From NCBI GenBank assembly GCA_963674755.2, contig CAXXVS010000003.1:480001-544000 (forward strand): 64,000 nt of DNA, read 5' to 3'. Under the pieces are notes generated by a model. It was not told the DNA's origin and searched no databases. It saw only the letters and a program-made list of their open reading frames with translations. Origin of the DNA: Desulfobacterales bacterium. GTDB lineage: Bacteria > Desulfobacterota > Desulfobacteria > Desulfobacterales > UBA5852. Every line of letters starts with the position of its first letter. Position 1 is the first letter of the stretch. Below are positions 52,572-64,000 of the stretch, in pieces. A program made the position numbers and the translations under genes.

Positions 52572-54169
52572 GCATCAAAGACTTGCCCTGGCAGATCGCC
52601 TGGGACAAGGACAAATGCACCCTTTGCGGCCGCTGCACCGCCACCTGCCCGGTCAACGCCATTGAACTCGGGGTCTTCCGCAAGCGGCTGGTGGCCCCGG
52701 CGGTGGGCATTCTGGAAGCCCCCGAAAACGAGTACAAACTTTACTACGGGATTCGCCAGAAAACCGATCCAGCCTATGCCTGTGTGGGGTGCGCCATGTG
52801 CAACATGGTCTGCCCCAACGACGCTATCATCCCCATGCACGGCGATGAGATCGACAAACTGCGCATGCATAACAACCGGGGCGGCCAGGCCCGGAGACGC
52901 GGCGGCCGGCGCAACGATCCCGGCAGTCTGCTGGACCAGATCAAGTTTATCCGCATCTCCATGCTGACCGACCCGGCCCTGGATGCCGGCCGGCATGAAT
53001 TCGAGCTGCGCACCCTCCTGGGCCGTGTTCTGCCCCCGGAACAAAGCCTCAAGTTCATGGCGGAAAACGGCTGGACGCCTCCCGTGCGGGAAATTTATCC
53101 TCTCATGATCGGGGGCATGTCGTTCGGGGCCCTCTCGCCCAACATGTGGGAAGGCTTGCAGATGGGCGTGGCCTATCTGAACGAAGAGCTCGGGATGCCG
53201 GTGCGCATGTGCACCGGTGAGGGCGGCTGCCCGCCGCGCCTGCTGCGCTCACGCTTCCTCAAATATGTGATTTTGCAAATCGCCAGCGGCTATTTCGGCT
53301 GGGATGAAATCATCCATGCTCTCCCTGAAATGAAGGAAGACCCCTGCGCCGTGGAGATCAAATACGGCCAGGGCGCCAAGCCGGGGGATGGCGGTCTGCT
53401 CATGTGGTACAAGGTCAACAAGCTGATCGCCGCCATTCGCGGCGTTCCCGAGGGTGTCAGCCTGCCCAGTCCGCCGACGCACCAGACCCAGTATTCCATT
53501 GAAGAATCCGTGGCCAAGATGATTCAGTCCATGTACATGGCCTGGGGCTTCCGGGTGCCGGTCTATCCCAAGATTTCGGCCACCACCACCTCTCTGGCCG
53601 TATTGAACAATCTGACGCGCAACCCCTATGCAGGCGGCCTGGCGATCGATGGCGAAGACGGCGGCACCGGGGCGGCCTACAATGTTTCCATGAACCACAT
53701 GGGCCACCCCATCGCCAGCAACATCCGCGATTGCTACCTCAACCTGGCCAAGATCGGCATGCAGAACGAAATTCCGATTATTGCCGGCGGCGGGATCGGC
53801 AAGACCGGCAACCTGGCCGCCAACGCCGCCTCCCTGATCATGCTGGGCGCCAGCGCCGTGCAGACGGGGAAATACATCATGCAGGCGGCAGCCGGGTGCC
53901 TGGGATCGGAAAGCGACCGCTGCAACATCTGCAACATCGGCTTGTGCCCTAAAGGGATCACTTCCCAGGATCCGCGACTCTACCGTCGTCTGGACGTGGA
54001 GCAGGTGGCGGAGCGGGTGGTGGATGTCTTCCTGACCTTCGATACCGAATTGCGGAAGATCCTGGCCCCGTTGGGGCGCTCGACCGCCCTGCCCATCGGC
54101 ATGTCCGATGCCTTGGGGATTGCCGACAAGAATGCGGCCGAGCGGCTGCACATCAACTATGTGGTCTGA
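52535..54169 (+). CDS. Glutamate synthase FMN domain subunit with N-terminal 2[4Fe-4S] (GltB2-type)
   Basis: Two CxxCxxCxxxCP motifs, MSFGALS, TGEGG, QIASG.FG, QGAKPG.GG, CP.GI.SQDP. Confidence 0.9.
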   Translation: MQPEGPIAPFSLSIKDLPWQIAWDKDKCTLCGRCTATCPVNAIELGVFRKRLVAPAVGILEAPENEYKLYYGIRQKTDPAYACVGCAMCNMVCPNDAIIPMHGDEIDKLRMHNNRGGQARRRGGRRNDPGSLLDQIKFIRISMLTDPALDAGRHEFELRTLLGRVLPPEQSLKFMAENGWTPPVREIYPLMIGGMSFGALSPNMWEGLQMGVAYLNEELGMPVRMCTGEGGCPPRLLRSRFLKYVILQIASGYFGWDEIIHALPEMKEDPCAVEIKYGQGAKPGDGGLLMWYKVNKLIAAIRGVPEGVSLPSPPTHQTQYSIEESVAKMIQSMYMAWGFRVPVYPKISATTTSLAVLNNLTRNPYAGGLAIDGEDGGTGAAYNVSMNHMGHPIASNIRDCYLNLAKIGMQNEIPIIAGGGIGKTGNLAANAASLIMLGASAVQTGKYIMQAAAGCLGSESDRCNICNIGLCPKGITSQDPRLYRRLDVEQVAERVVDVFLTFDTELRKILAPLGRSTALPIGMSDALGIADKNAAERLHINYVV

Positions 54170-54220
54170 TCGCACGAGGGCCGGAGCAGGGCGACATTTC
54201 AACGCCAGTGGAGATGTTTC

Positions 54221-56569
54221 ATGAGCAGTGACGCCAATCAAAAACAGAACGTCTATCATATTATCAGCGGCCAGGAAAACGGCGAGCGCATCGAGTCGCG
54301 GGTGCTGGAAGAAAAGATTCAGGAGGCGGTGGCCAGCGGCGAGCGGAACCTGAAGATTCTGGCCTTTGGCCAGCACGGCATCGGCGGCCGGTTGTGGAAG
54401 GCGGGCGGCGAGAAGGTGCATATCCGCATCGAGGGCCCGCCGGGCCAGCGGCTGGGTTCCCTGGGCTTTGACAACACCACCATCGAGGTGCATGGTCCGG
54501 CCTCGGACGATACCGGCTGGCTCAATGCCGGGGCTGAAATCATCGTCCATGGCAATGCCGGCAACGGCACCTGCAACGCCATGGCCCAAGGGGCTGTGCG
54601 GGTGGCCGGCAATATCGGTGCCCGCGGCATGACCATGACCAAAAGCAACCCGCGCTTCGCCCCACCCGAACTCTGGGTGCTGGGCTCGGTGGGGGATTAT
54701 TTTGGCGAGTTCATGGCGGGTGGCATTGCCGTCGTCTGCGGCGTGAATCCCCAGGATCCCGAGAATGTGCTCGGCTATCGTCCCTTCGTGGGAATGGTGG
54801 GCGGCAAGGCCTTTTTCCGCGGACCCCACGGCGGCTACAGCCAGGGCGACGCCAAGCTGGCCCCCATCGATGATGACGACTGGCAATGGCTGGCGGACAA
54901 CCTGAACGTTTTTCTGCAGCGCATCCAACATGAGGAGCTGCTCGAGACGCTGTCGGACCGCACCCAGTGGCAGTTGATCGTGTCCCGGGGACCCCATGAA
55001 AAAAAGACCCTGCGCACCCGGTCGATGCAGGCGTTCCATCGGGATGTCTGGGATAAGGAACTGGGCCGGGGCGGCATCATCGGCGACCTCAGCGACCAGG
55101 ACCGCAATCAGATTCCGGTGGTAACGACGGGCGAGCTGCGGCGTTTCGTACCGGTCTGGGAGAACCGCAAATATGCGGCCCCCTGCGAATCTTCCTGCCC
55201 CACCGGGATACCGGTGCAGGAGCGTTGGCGGCTGGTGCGCCAGGGGCGTATGGACGAGGCCGTGGATCTGGCCTTGAGCTATACCCCTTTTCCGGCCACG
55301 GTGTGCGGCTATCTGTGTCCCAACCTGTGCATGAGCAGCTGCACGCGCCAATCGGCCTTCATGGCACCGGTGGATATCCGGGGGCTGGGTAAGGCCAGCA
55401 TCAACGCGGCCGTGGGGGAGCTGCCGCCCTTGAGCGGCCGCAAGGTGGCTGTCATCGGCGGCGGGCCGGGGGGGATTTCCGTGGCCTGGCAGCTGCGCCG
55501 CAACGGGCATGAAGCCACGGTTTACGACACCTCGGCCACCCTGGGCGGCAAGATCGCTTCGGCCATCCCCAGCAGCCGGATTCCCGCGGAAGTGGTGACG
55601 GCCGAACTGGAGCGGGTGCGGGAGATTATTCCCCATGTCCACCTCCAGCAGGAAGTCAGCCAGAAGGACATCGCTCAATTGCGCGAAGATTACGATTTTG
55701 TAGTGCTGGCCACCGGCGCCCAAACGCCCCGGGTGGTGCCGGTGCCGGGCAAGGAACACCTCATCACGGCCCTGGATTTTCTGCGGGATGCCAAGGTGGG
55801 ACGGGCCCGGGTGGGTAAACGGGTCATCATCATCGGCGCCGGCAACGTGGGTTGCGACGTGGCCACGGAAGCCCACCGGCTGGGCGCCGAGGACATCACC
55901 CTGATCGATATCCAGGAGCCCCTCTCTTTTGGTAAGGAACGGGAAGAAGCCGAGAAAGCGGGAGCCAAATTCCGCTATCCCTGCTTCACCAAAGAAATCA
56001 CAGAGGCGGGCGTGGTGCTGCAGGACGGTGAACTGCTGCCGGCGGATACGGTCTTTATCTCCATCGGCGATGCGCCGGATTTGAGTTTCATCCCCGAGGA
56101 TATCGCCACCGAGCGGGGCTTTGTGGTGGTCAACGACCATTTCCAGACCACGGACGCCCGGGTGTTTGCCATCGGTGACCTGGTCAAACCGGGGCTTTTG
56201 ACCGATGCCATTGGGGCTGGCCGCAAAGCCGCCGGCGCCATCGTGGAAATCCTGGCCGGTCAGCGTCCGGTCAGCGACACCCGCCAGATGATCGACAAGA
56301 AGCGTGTGTCGCTGGAGTATTTCGATCCCCGCATCCTGGACTACGAGGACATCGACCACTGCGGTTCCCAGTGTTCCTCCTGCGGCGCCTGCCGGGACTG
56401 CGGCATCTGTGCGGCGGTTTGCCCTTACAGCGCCATCAGCCGGATGGAAGGCGCCGACGAGAGCTACGAATACGTGGTGGACCCCGAGCGCTGCATCGGC
56501 TGCGGGTTCTGCGCCGGGGCCTGTCCCTGCGGGATCTGGGACCTGGTGGAGAACACGCCCCTAAGTTGA
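54221..56569 (+). CDS. Fusion of GltB3 (GXGXG) domain, GltD-like FAD oxidoreductase and ferredoxin
   Basis: GQHGIGG, GDYFGEFMAGG; C...CP, CG.LCP..C...C; GGGPGG, GAGNVG; two C-terminal ferredoxin motifs. Confidence 0.88.
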   Translation: MSSDANQKQNVYHIISGQENGERIESRVLEEKIQEAVASGERNLKILAFGQHGIGGRLWKAGGEKVHIRIEGPPGQRLGSLGFDNTTIEVHGPASDDTGWLNAGAEIIVHGNAGNGTCNAMAQGAVRVAGNIGARGMTMTKSNPRFAPPELWVLGSVGDYFGEFMAGGIAVVCGVNPQDPENVLGYRPFVGMVGGKAFFRGPHGGYSQGDAKLAPIDDDDWQWLADNLNVFLQRIQHEELLETLSDRTQWQLIVSRGPHEKKTLRTRSMQAFHRDVWDKELGRGGIIGDLSDQDRNQIPVVTTGELRRFVPVWENRKYAAPCESSCPTGIPVQERWRLVRQGRMDEAVDLALSYTPFPATVCGYLCPNLCMSSCTRQSAFMAPVDIRGLGKASINAAVGELPPLSGRKVAVIGGGPGGISVAWQLRRNGHEATVYDTSATLGGKIASAIPSSRIPAEVVTAELERVREIIPHVHLQQEVSQKDIAQLREDYDFVVLATGAQTPRVVPVPGKEHLITALDFLRDAKVGRARVGKRVIIIGAGNVGCDVATEAHRLGAEDITLIDIQEPLSFGKEREEAEKAGAKFRYPCFTKEITEAGVVLQDGELLPADTVFISIGDAPDLSFIPEDIATERGFVVVNDHFQTTDARVFAIGDLVKPGLLTDAIGAGRKAAGAIVEILAGQRPVSDTRQMIDKKRVSLEYFDPRILDYEDIDHCGSQCSSCGACRDCGICAAVCPYSAISRMEGADESYEYVVDPERCIGCGFCAGACPCGIWDLVENTPLS

Positions 56570-56595
56570 TGACGGCGGACTGTTTTGCTAAAGCG

Positions 56596-56633
56596 CGGCC
56601 CCGGTCCCGTGCGTTCGCGGCGGGGCCGGTTTT
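56596..56633 (+). terminator. Probable terminator after glutamate synthase operon
   Basis: CGGCCCCG...CGGGGCCG followed by GTTTT. Confidence 0.6.
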
Positions 56634-56734
56634 CTATTGCTAAATCGCCCCAAGTTCATTACTAAATACAATTTTTAAAACCCATTCGACCGGTTGCCCA
56701 TGGCACCCGGCCTCTGCATAACGGATAGGGCACC

Positions 56735-57904
56735 ATGAAAGCACTCCTTGCATTGGAAGACGGGCGAACCTTCAAATGCCGTTCGTATACCGGCCCGGGG
56801 GAAGCTCAGGGCGAAGTGGTGTTCAACACCAGCATGACCGGCTACCAGGAAATCTTGACGGATCCTTCCTACAGCGGCCAGCTGGTCACCATGACCTACC
56901 CCCTGGTGGGCAATTACGGCATCAACCCGGAAGACGTGGAGTCGGCCCGCATCCAGGTGGCGGCCTTTATTATAAAGGAATACCAGCCCTTTTACAGCAA
57001 CTACCGGGCAACGCAATCCCTGGCGGACTACCTCAAGTCCCAGGGAGTAATGGGGGTCGAAGATCTGGACACCCGGGCCTTGACCCGTCATATCCGCAAG
57101 ACCGGCGCCATGCGCGCCTTTCTATCCACATCGATTCTCGATGCTGAAGCCGCCGTGGCCAAAGCAAGGGCCATACCCTGCATGGCGGGCCTGGACCTGG
57201 CCAGCGGCGTCAGCACCGAGCTGCCCTACCGCTGGGAAAATAATCGGCCGCTACCGCTGGAAACCGACGGCACGGGGGCACCCCGTCTCGATGAGACCGT
57301 CTGGCGCATGCGCGGCCAAAAGCATTCCGTGGTGGCCATCGACTACGGCATCAAGTACAACATCCTGCGCTGTCTGACCCAGGCCGGTTTTGAGGTGGTG
57401 GTGGTGCCGGCCACAACGCCGCCCGAAACTATCCGGACCATGGCGCCCAGCGGCATTTTTCTGGCCAACGGACCGGGGGACCCCGAGCCGGTGCGCTATG
57501 CCATTGATGCCATCCGGGATCTGATCGGCTACCGTCCCATGTTCGGCATCTGCCTCGGCCATCAACTGATGGGCCTGGCGTTGGGGGGCAAGACCTACAA
57601 GCTCAAGTTCGGCCACCGGGGGGCCAACCAGCCGGTCAAGCACCTGCCCAGCGGCCGCATCGAGATTACCTCGCAAAATCATGGCTTTGCGGTGGATCCC
57701 GACTCTTTGAAGGACAAAGACGTCGAGATCACCCATATCAACCTCAACGACAACACCCTCGAGGGCTTCCGCAGCCTCCGCTACCCGGTCTTTGCAGTGC
57801 AATACCACCCGGAAGCCTCGCCGGGACCCCACGATGCCCGTTATCTGTTCGATGAGTTTGCACGCTTGATGGATGAGAATACGCCCTTGAAGGATAAGAA
57901 ATAG
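56735..57904 (+). CDS. carA: Carbamoyl-phosphate synthase small subunit
   Basis: GEVVFNTSMTGYQE, GPGDP, GICLGHQ, QYHPEASPGP. Confidence 0.98.
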   Translation: MKALLALEDGRTFKCRSYTGPGEAQGEVVFNTSMTGYQEILTDPSYSGQLVTMTYPLVGNYGINPEDVESARIQVAAFIIKEYQPFYSNYRATQSLADYLKSQGVMGVEDLDTRALTRHIRKTGAMRAFLSTSILDAEAAVAKARAIPCMAGLDLASGVSTELPYRWENNRPLPLETDGTGAPRLDETVWRMRGQKHSVVAIDYGIKYNILRCLTQAGFEVVVVPATTPPETIRTMAPSGIFLANGPGDPEPVRYAIDAIRDLIGYRPMFGICLGHQLMGLALGGKTYKLKFGHRGANQPVKHLPSGRIEITSQNHGFAVDPDSLKDKDVEITHINLNDNTLEGFRSLRYPVFAVQYHPEASPGPHDARYLFDEFARLMDENTPLKDKK

Positions 57905-57970
57905 ACGACGGCCGCGGCCTCTTGACACCATCCGCCAGTGCGCCGCTGAACCCGACAGAGATCTGAACCC

Positions 57971-61231
<3,261 letters not shown>

Positions 61232-61261
61232 TTCACCAGCATTCCCGGGAGAATCCTATCG

Positions 61262-62677
61262 ATGATGATTTTTGACGAAAGACCTCGCGAGGCTTGCGGC
61301 CTTTTCGGTATTCACGGTCACCATGATGCTTCCAAGTTGACCTACTTCGGGCTCTACGCTTTGCAGCACCGGGGTCAGGAAAGTGCCGGTATCGCTGTCT
61401 GCCAGGATAAAACCATCGTGGGGCACAAAGGGATGGGGCTGGTTTCGGACGTCTTCGACATGACCCACTTGGAGGAGCTGAGCGGCACCAGCGCGGTGGG
61501 ACATGTTCGCTATTCCACTACCGGCAGCTCCATCCTCGGCAACGCCCAGCCCTTTTTCGTGCGCCATCAGCACCGCTCCTACGCCCTGGCCCACAATGGC
61601 AATCTCGTCAATGCCCATATCCTCAAGGACGAGCTGGAGCGTTCCGGTTCCATTTTCCAGACCACCATGGACAGCGAGGTGTTTCTGCACCTGTTCGTCA
61701 AGAACCTGAAGTATGGCTTCGAGGGCGCACTGGTGGAGACCGTCAAACGCCTCAAGGGCGCCTACTCTTTCGTGCTCCTGACCAGCGAAGGCGAAGTGAT
61801 CGGGATCAAGGACCCCACCGGGTTCAGGCCCTTGTGCCTGGGAAAGCTCAACGGCAGTTACGTTCTGGCATCGGAGACCTGTGCCCTGGATCTGGTGGAG
61901 GCCGAGTTCGTACGGGAGCTGGATCCGGGCGAAATCGTGATCATCGGCGAGAAGGGTGTCAAAAGCATCCGGACCCAGCCGGAAGGCGCCAAACGCACGT
62001 TCTGCATCTTTGAATACATTTATTTTGCCCGACCGGACAGCACGATCTACGGCAAGAACGTCTACCTGACCCGCAAGGCCCACGGACGTGAATTGGCCAA
62101 GGAATCCCGGGTGGATGCCGACTTCGTCATGCCCTTTCCGGATTCGGGCACTTACGCCGCTTTGGGGTTTTCGGAAGCCTCGGGTATCCCGTTCGAAATG
62201 GGAATGATCCGCAACCACTATGTGGGTCGGACCTTTATCCAGCCCACCCAGAGCATGCGCGATTTCGGCGTGCGGGTCAAACTCAACCCGGTCAAGGAGC
62301 TCCTGCAAGGTAAGGACATCATCATCATCGAGGATTCCATCATTCGCGGCACCACGGCCAAGACCCGTGTCAAAGCATTGCGCGAGCTCGGTGTACGCCG
62401 GGTCCATTTAAGGGTCAGCGGACCGCCCCACCGGTTTCCCTGCCATTACGGCATTGATTTTTCAACCAAAGGCGAGTTGATTGCGGCCAGCATGTCCGTG
62501 GAAGCCCTGGGGCGTTATTTGGGGTTGGACTCCCTGGCCTACCTCAGCCTTCCGGGATTGCTGTCCTCCACAGGGGTCGAAGACCCTGAAGGCCATTTCT
62601 GCAAAGCGTGCTTCGACGGCTGCTATCCGGTCGATTTCGACGGAGAGCTTTCCAAAAACTGTATGGAAATGCTATAA
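61262..62677 (+). CDS. purF: Amidophosphoribosyltransferase (propeptide, Fe-S type)
   Basis: REACGLFG, QHRGQE, GHVRYST, HNGN, DSIIRGTT, C-terminal CKACF. Confidence 0.97.
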   Translation: MMIFDERPREACGLFGIHGHHDASKLTYFGLYALQHRGQESAGIAVCQDKTIVGHKGMGLVSDVFDMTHLEELSGTSAVGHVRYSTTGSSILGNAQPFFVRHQHRSYALAHNGNLVNAHILKDELERSGSIFQTTMDSEVFLHLFVKNLKYGFEGALVETVKRLKGAYSFVLLTSEGEVIGIKDPTGFRPLCLGKLNGSYVLASETCALDLVEAEFVRELDPGEIVIIGEKGVKSIRTQPEGAKRTFCIFEYIYFARPDSTIYGKNVYLTRKAHGRELAKESRVDADFVMPFPDSGTYAALGFSEASGIPFEMGMIRNHYVGRTFIQPTQSMRDFGVRVKLNPVKELLQGKDIIIIEDSIIRGTTAKTRVKALRELGVRRVHLRVSGPPHRFPCHYGIDFSTKGELIAASMSVEALGRYLGLDSLAYLSLPGLLSSTGVEDPEGHFCKACFDGCYPVDFDGELSKNCMEML

Positions 62678-62715
62678 TTCGTATCAAAACCCCATCCTAG
62701 CGATACGGAGACCCC

Positions 62716-63216
62716 ATGCAGGAGTCGCGCTACCTCAAGGACAACTTGGAAAACATCCAGCGGCTCATGTCCATCCCAGCCCTGCGCAATTTCGAGACCA
62801 GCAACCTCAGCCGGCTGCTGCACTTGAGCAAGATGCGCGAATACGAAACCGGTGAGACCATCATCCAGGAGGGGGATGAGGACCCCTGGCTCTATTTTCT
62901 GCTGGAGGGCCAGGTGCGCGTCACCAAAAAGGATGTGGAGATCGGGGTGATCCGCGAAGTGGGGGACGTCTTTGGCGAGATGCGCATCATCGACAGCCAG
63001 AGCCGCTCCGCTACGGTGGTGGCCCTGGAGCCGACGGTTTGCCTGGCGGTCAACACCACGGCCAAAGACCGCATGTCAGGCACCGGGGATCGTGACGAAC
63101 AACTCGATTTCCTGCTTCTGCTGTACCGGATTTTTGCAGAATTTCTTTCCCTGCGCCTGCGCCTGACCAACGAGGAGTTGATCAAGGCCAACAAAATCCT
63201 CAAGGCCCTGGCCTAA
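62716..63216 (+). CDS. Cyclic nucleotide-binding domain protein
   Basis: IIQEG, LLEG.V, FGEM......RSATV.A; no HTH. Confidence 0.88.
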   Translation: MQESRYLKDNLENIQRLMSIPALRNFETSNLSRLLHLSKMREYETGETIIQEGDEDPWLYFLLEGQVRVTKKDVEIGVIREVGDVFGEMRIIDSQSRSATVVALEPTVCLAVNTTAKDRMSGTGDRDEQLDFLLLLYRIFAEFLSLRLRLTNEELIKANKILKALA

Positions 63217-63220
63217 ACCC

Positions 63221-64000
63221 ATGACCCGCAAGCGTACCGTCGCCTTTTCCGCCCAGGCCGCCAACCTCTTTTTCCACCTTCTGACCCGCTGCAATCTGAA
63301 CTGCCGCCATTGCTACATCAACCCGGCGCAGCACGGCACGGCGACGCTGCCGCTGGCCATCATCCAGCGCTGGCTCAAGATTTTTGCCGATTTGGACAAA
63401 CCGGCCAATCTGGTTCTTCTGGGGGGCGAGCCGACCCTGCACCCGGACCTGGCCGAGGTGGTCCGAACGGCCCGCCGTCTGGGCTTTGCCTCCATCACCA
63501 TCGATACCAACGGCTACCTGTTCCACGACATTCTGGACCGTATCACCCCGGACGACCTCGACTACTTCAGTTTCAGCCTGGACGGGGCCACAGAAAAGGT
63601 CAATGATGCTCTGCGGGGAAAAGGATCCTACGCGGCCTGCCTGGATGGCATTCGGCGCGCGGTGGCCAGGGGCTTCAGCACCAGCCTGATCTACACCGTG
63701 AGCGCGGCCAATATCCATGAACTGGCGCAGATGGGCCCGCTGCTGGAAACGCTCGGCGTGGAGCGGTTTTTCATCCAAGTGCTGGGGATCCGGGGCAACC
63801 CCGCACGGCTGGCCGAATGCGCGGCATCTGACCGGCCGCTGCAGGTGGATCGCGATAGGTGGCTGGCGAAGATTCCGGCGGCCGCTGCCACGATCGCTGA
63901 TCGCGGGCTTACGGTGACCTATCCCAAGGTTTTTCTCGAGGCCGGTGAGGTCTTCGACTGTGCCGCCCGGGTGGCGGATAATTACTTTGTCTTCCCCAAC
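63221..64000 (+). CDS. Radical SAM protein, 3' end outside window (absent from ORF track)
   Basis: Own translation: MTRKRTVAFS...TRCNLNCRHCY, LGGEPTLH, DTNG, FSLDG; open to the window end. Confidence 0.88.
   Translation, partial: MTRKRTVAFSAQAANLFFHLLTRCNLNCRHCYINPAQHGTATLPLAIIQRWLKIFADLDKPANLVLLGGEPTLHPDLAEVVRTARRLGFASITIDTNGYLFHDILDRITPDDLDYFSFSLDGATEKVNDALRGKGSYAACLDGIRRAVARGFSTSLIYTVSAANIHELAQMGPLLETLGVERFFIQVLGIRGNPARLAECAASDRPLQVDRDRWLAKIPAAAATIADRGLTVTYPKVFLEAGEVFDCAARVADNYFVFPN

Noticed and set aside
53249..56359. 1036-aa minus-strand ORF (likewise 59162-61192, 57251-58843, 29248-30585, 22184-23452 and others)
   Set aside because: Antisense shadows of well-supported genes in high-GC DNA; no recognisable motifs.

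Overview
GC-rich chromosomal window from a sulfate-reducing deltaproteobacterium (Desulfobacterales-like, inferred from gene content). It contains the 3' part of an error-prone dnaE2, the rplU-rpmA-obgE-proB-nadD-rsfS block, fdhD, the dsrTMKJOP operon, and a mixed accessory region (two-component pair, flavin oxidoreductase, MFS, radical SAM, RhlB-like helicase, two moeA). It ends in a ~27 kb nitrogen supercluster: glnD-amtB-glnB-glnA, a BKACE plus aminotransferase pair, glnK-amtB, glnE, a split glutamate synthase, carAB and purF. No rRNA, tRNA, CRISPR or mobile element was recognised. The most interesting signals are (1) a candidate ~75-nt sigma54-dependent sRNA at 23791-23717 (minus strand) with IHF sites, upstream palindromes, an exposed anti-Shine-Dalgarno seed and an intrinsic terminator; (2) three sigma54 promoters in the nitrogen cluster that share a paired KACAWWWWTGTM-like operator; and (3) a YodT-like aminotransferase with a beta-keto acid cleavage enzyme nested among the nitrogen genes. 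All calls come from motif recognition by eye; no searches were run.
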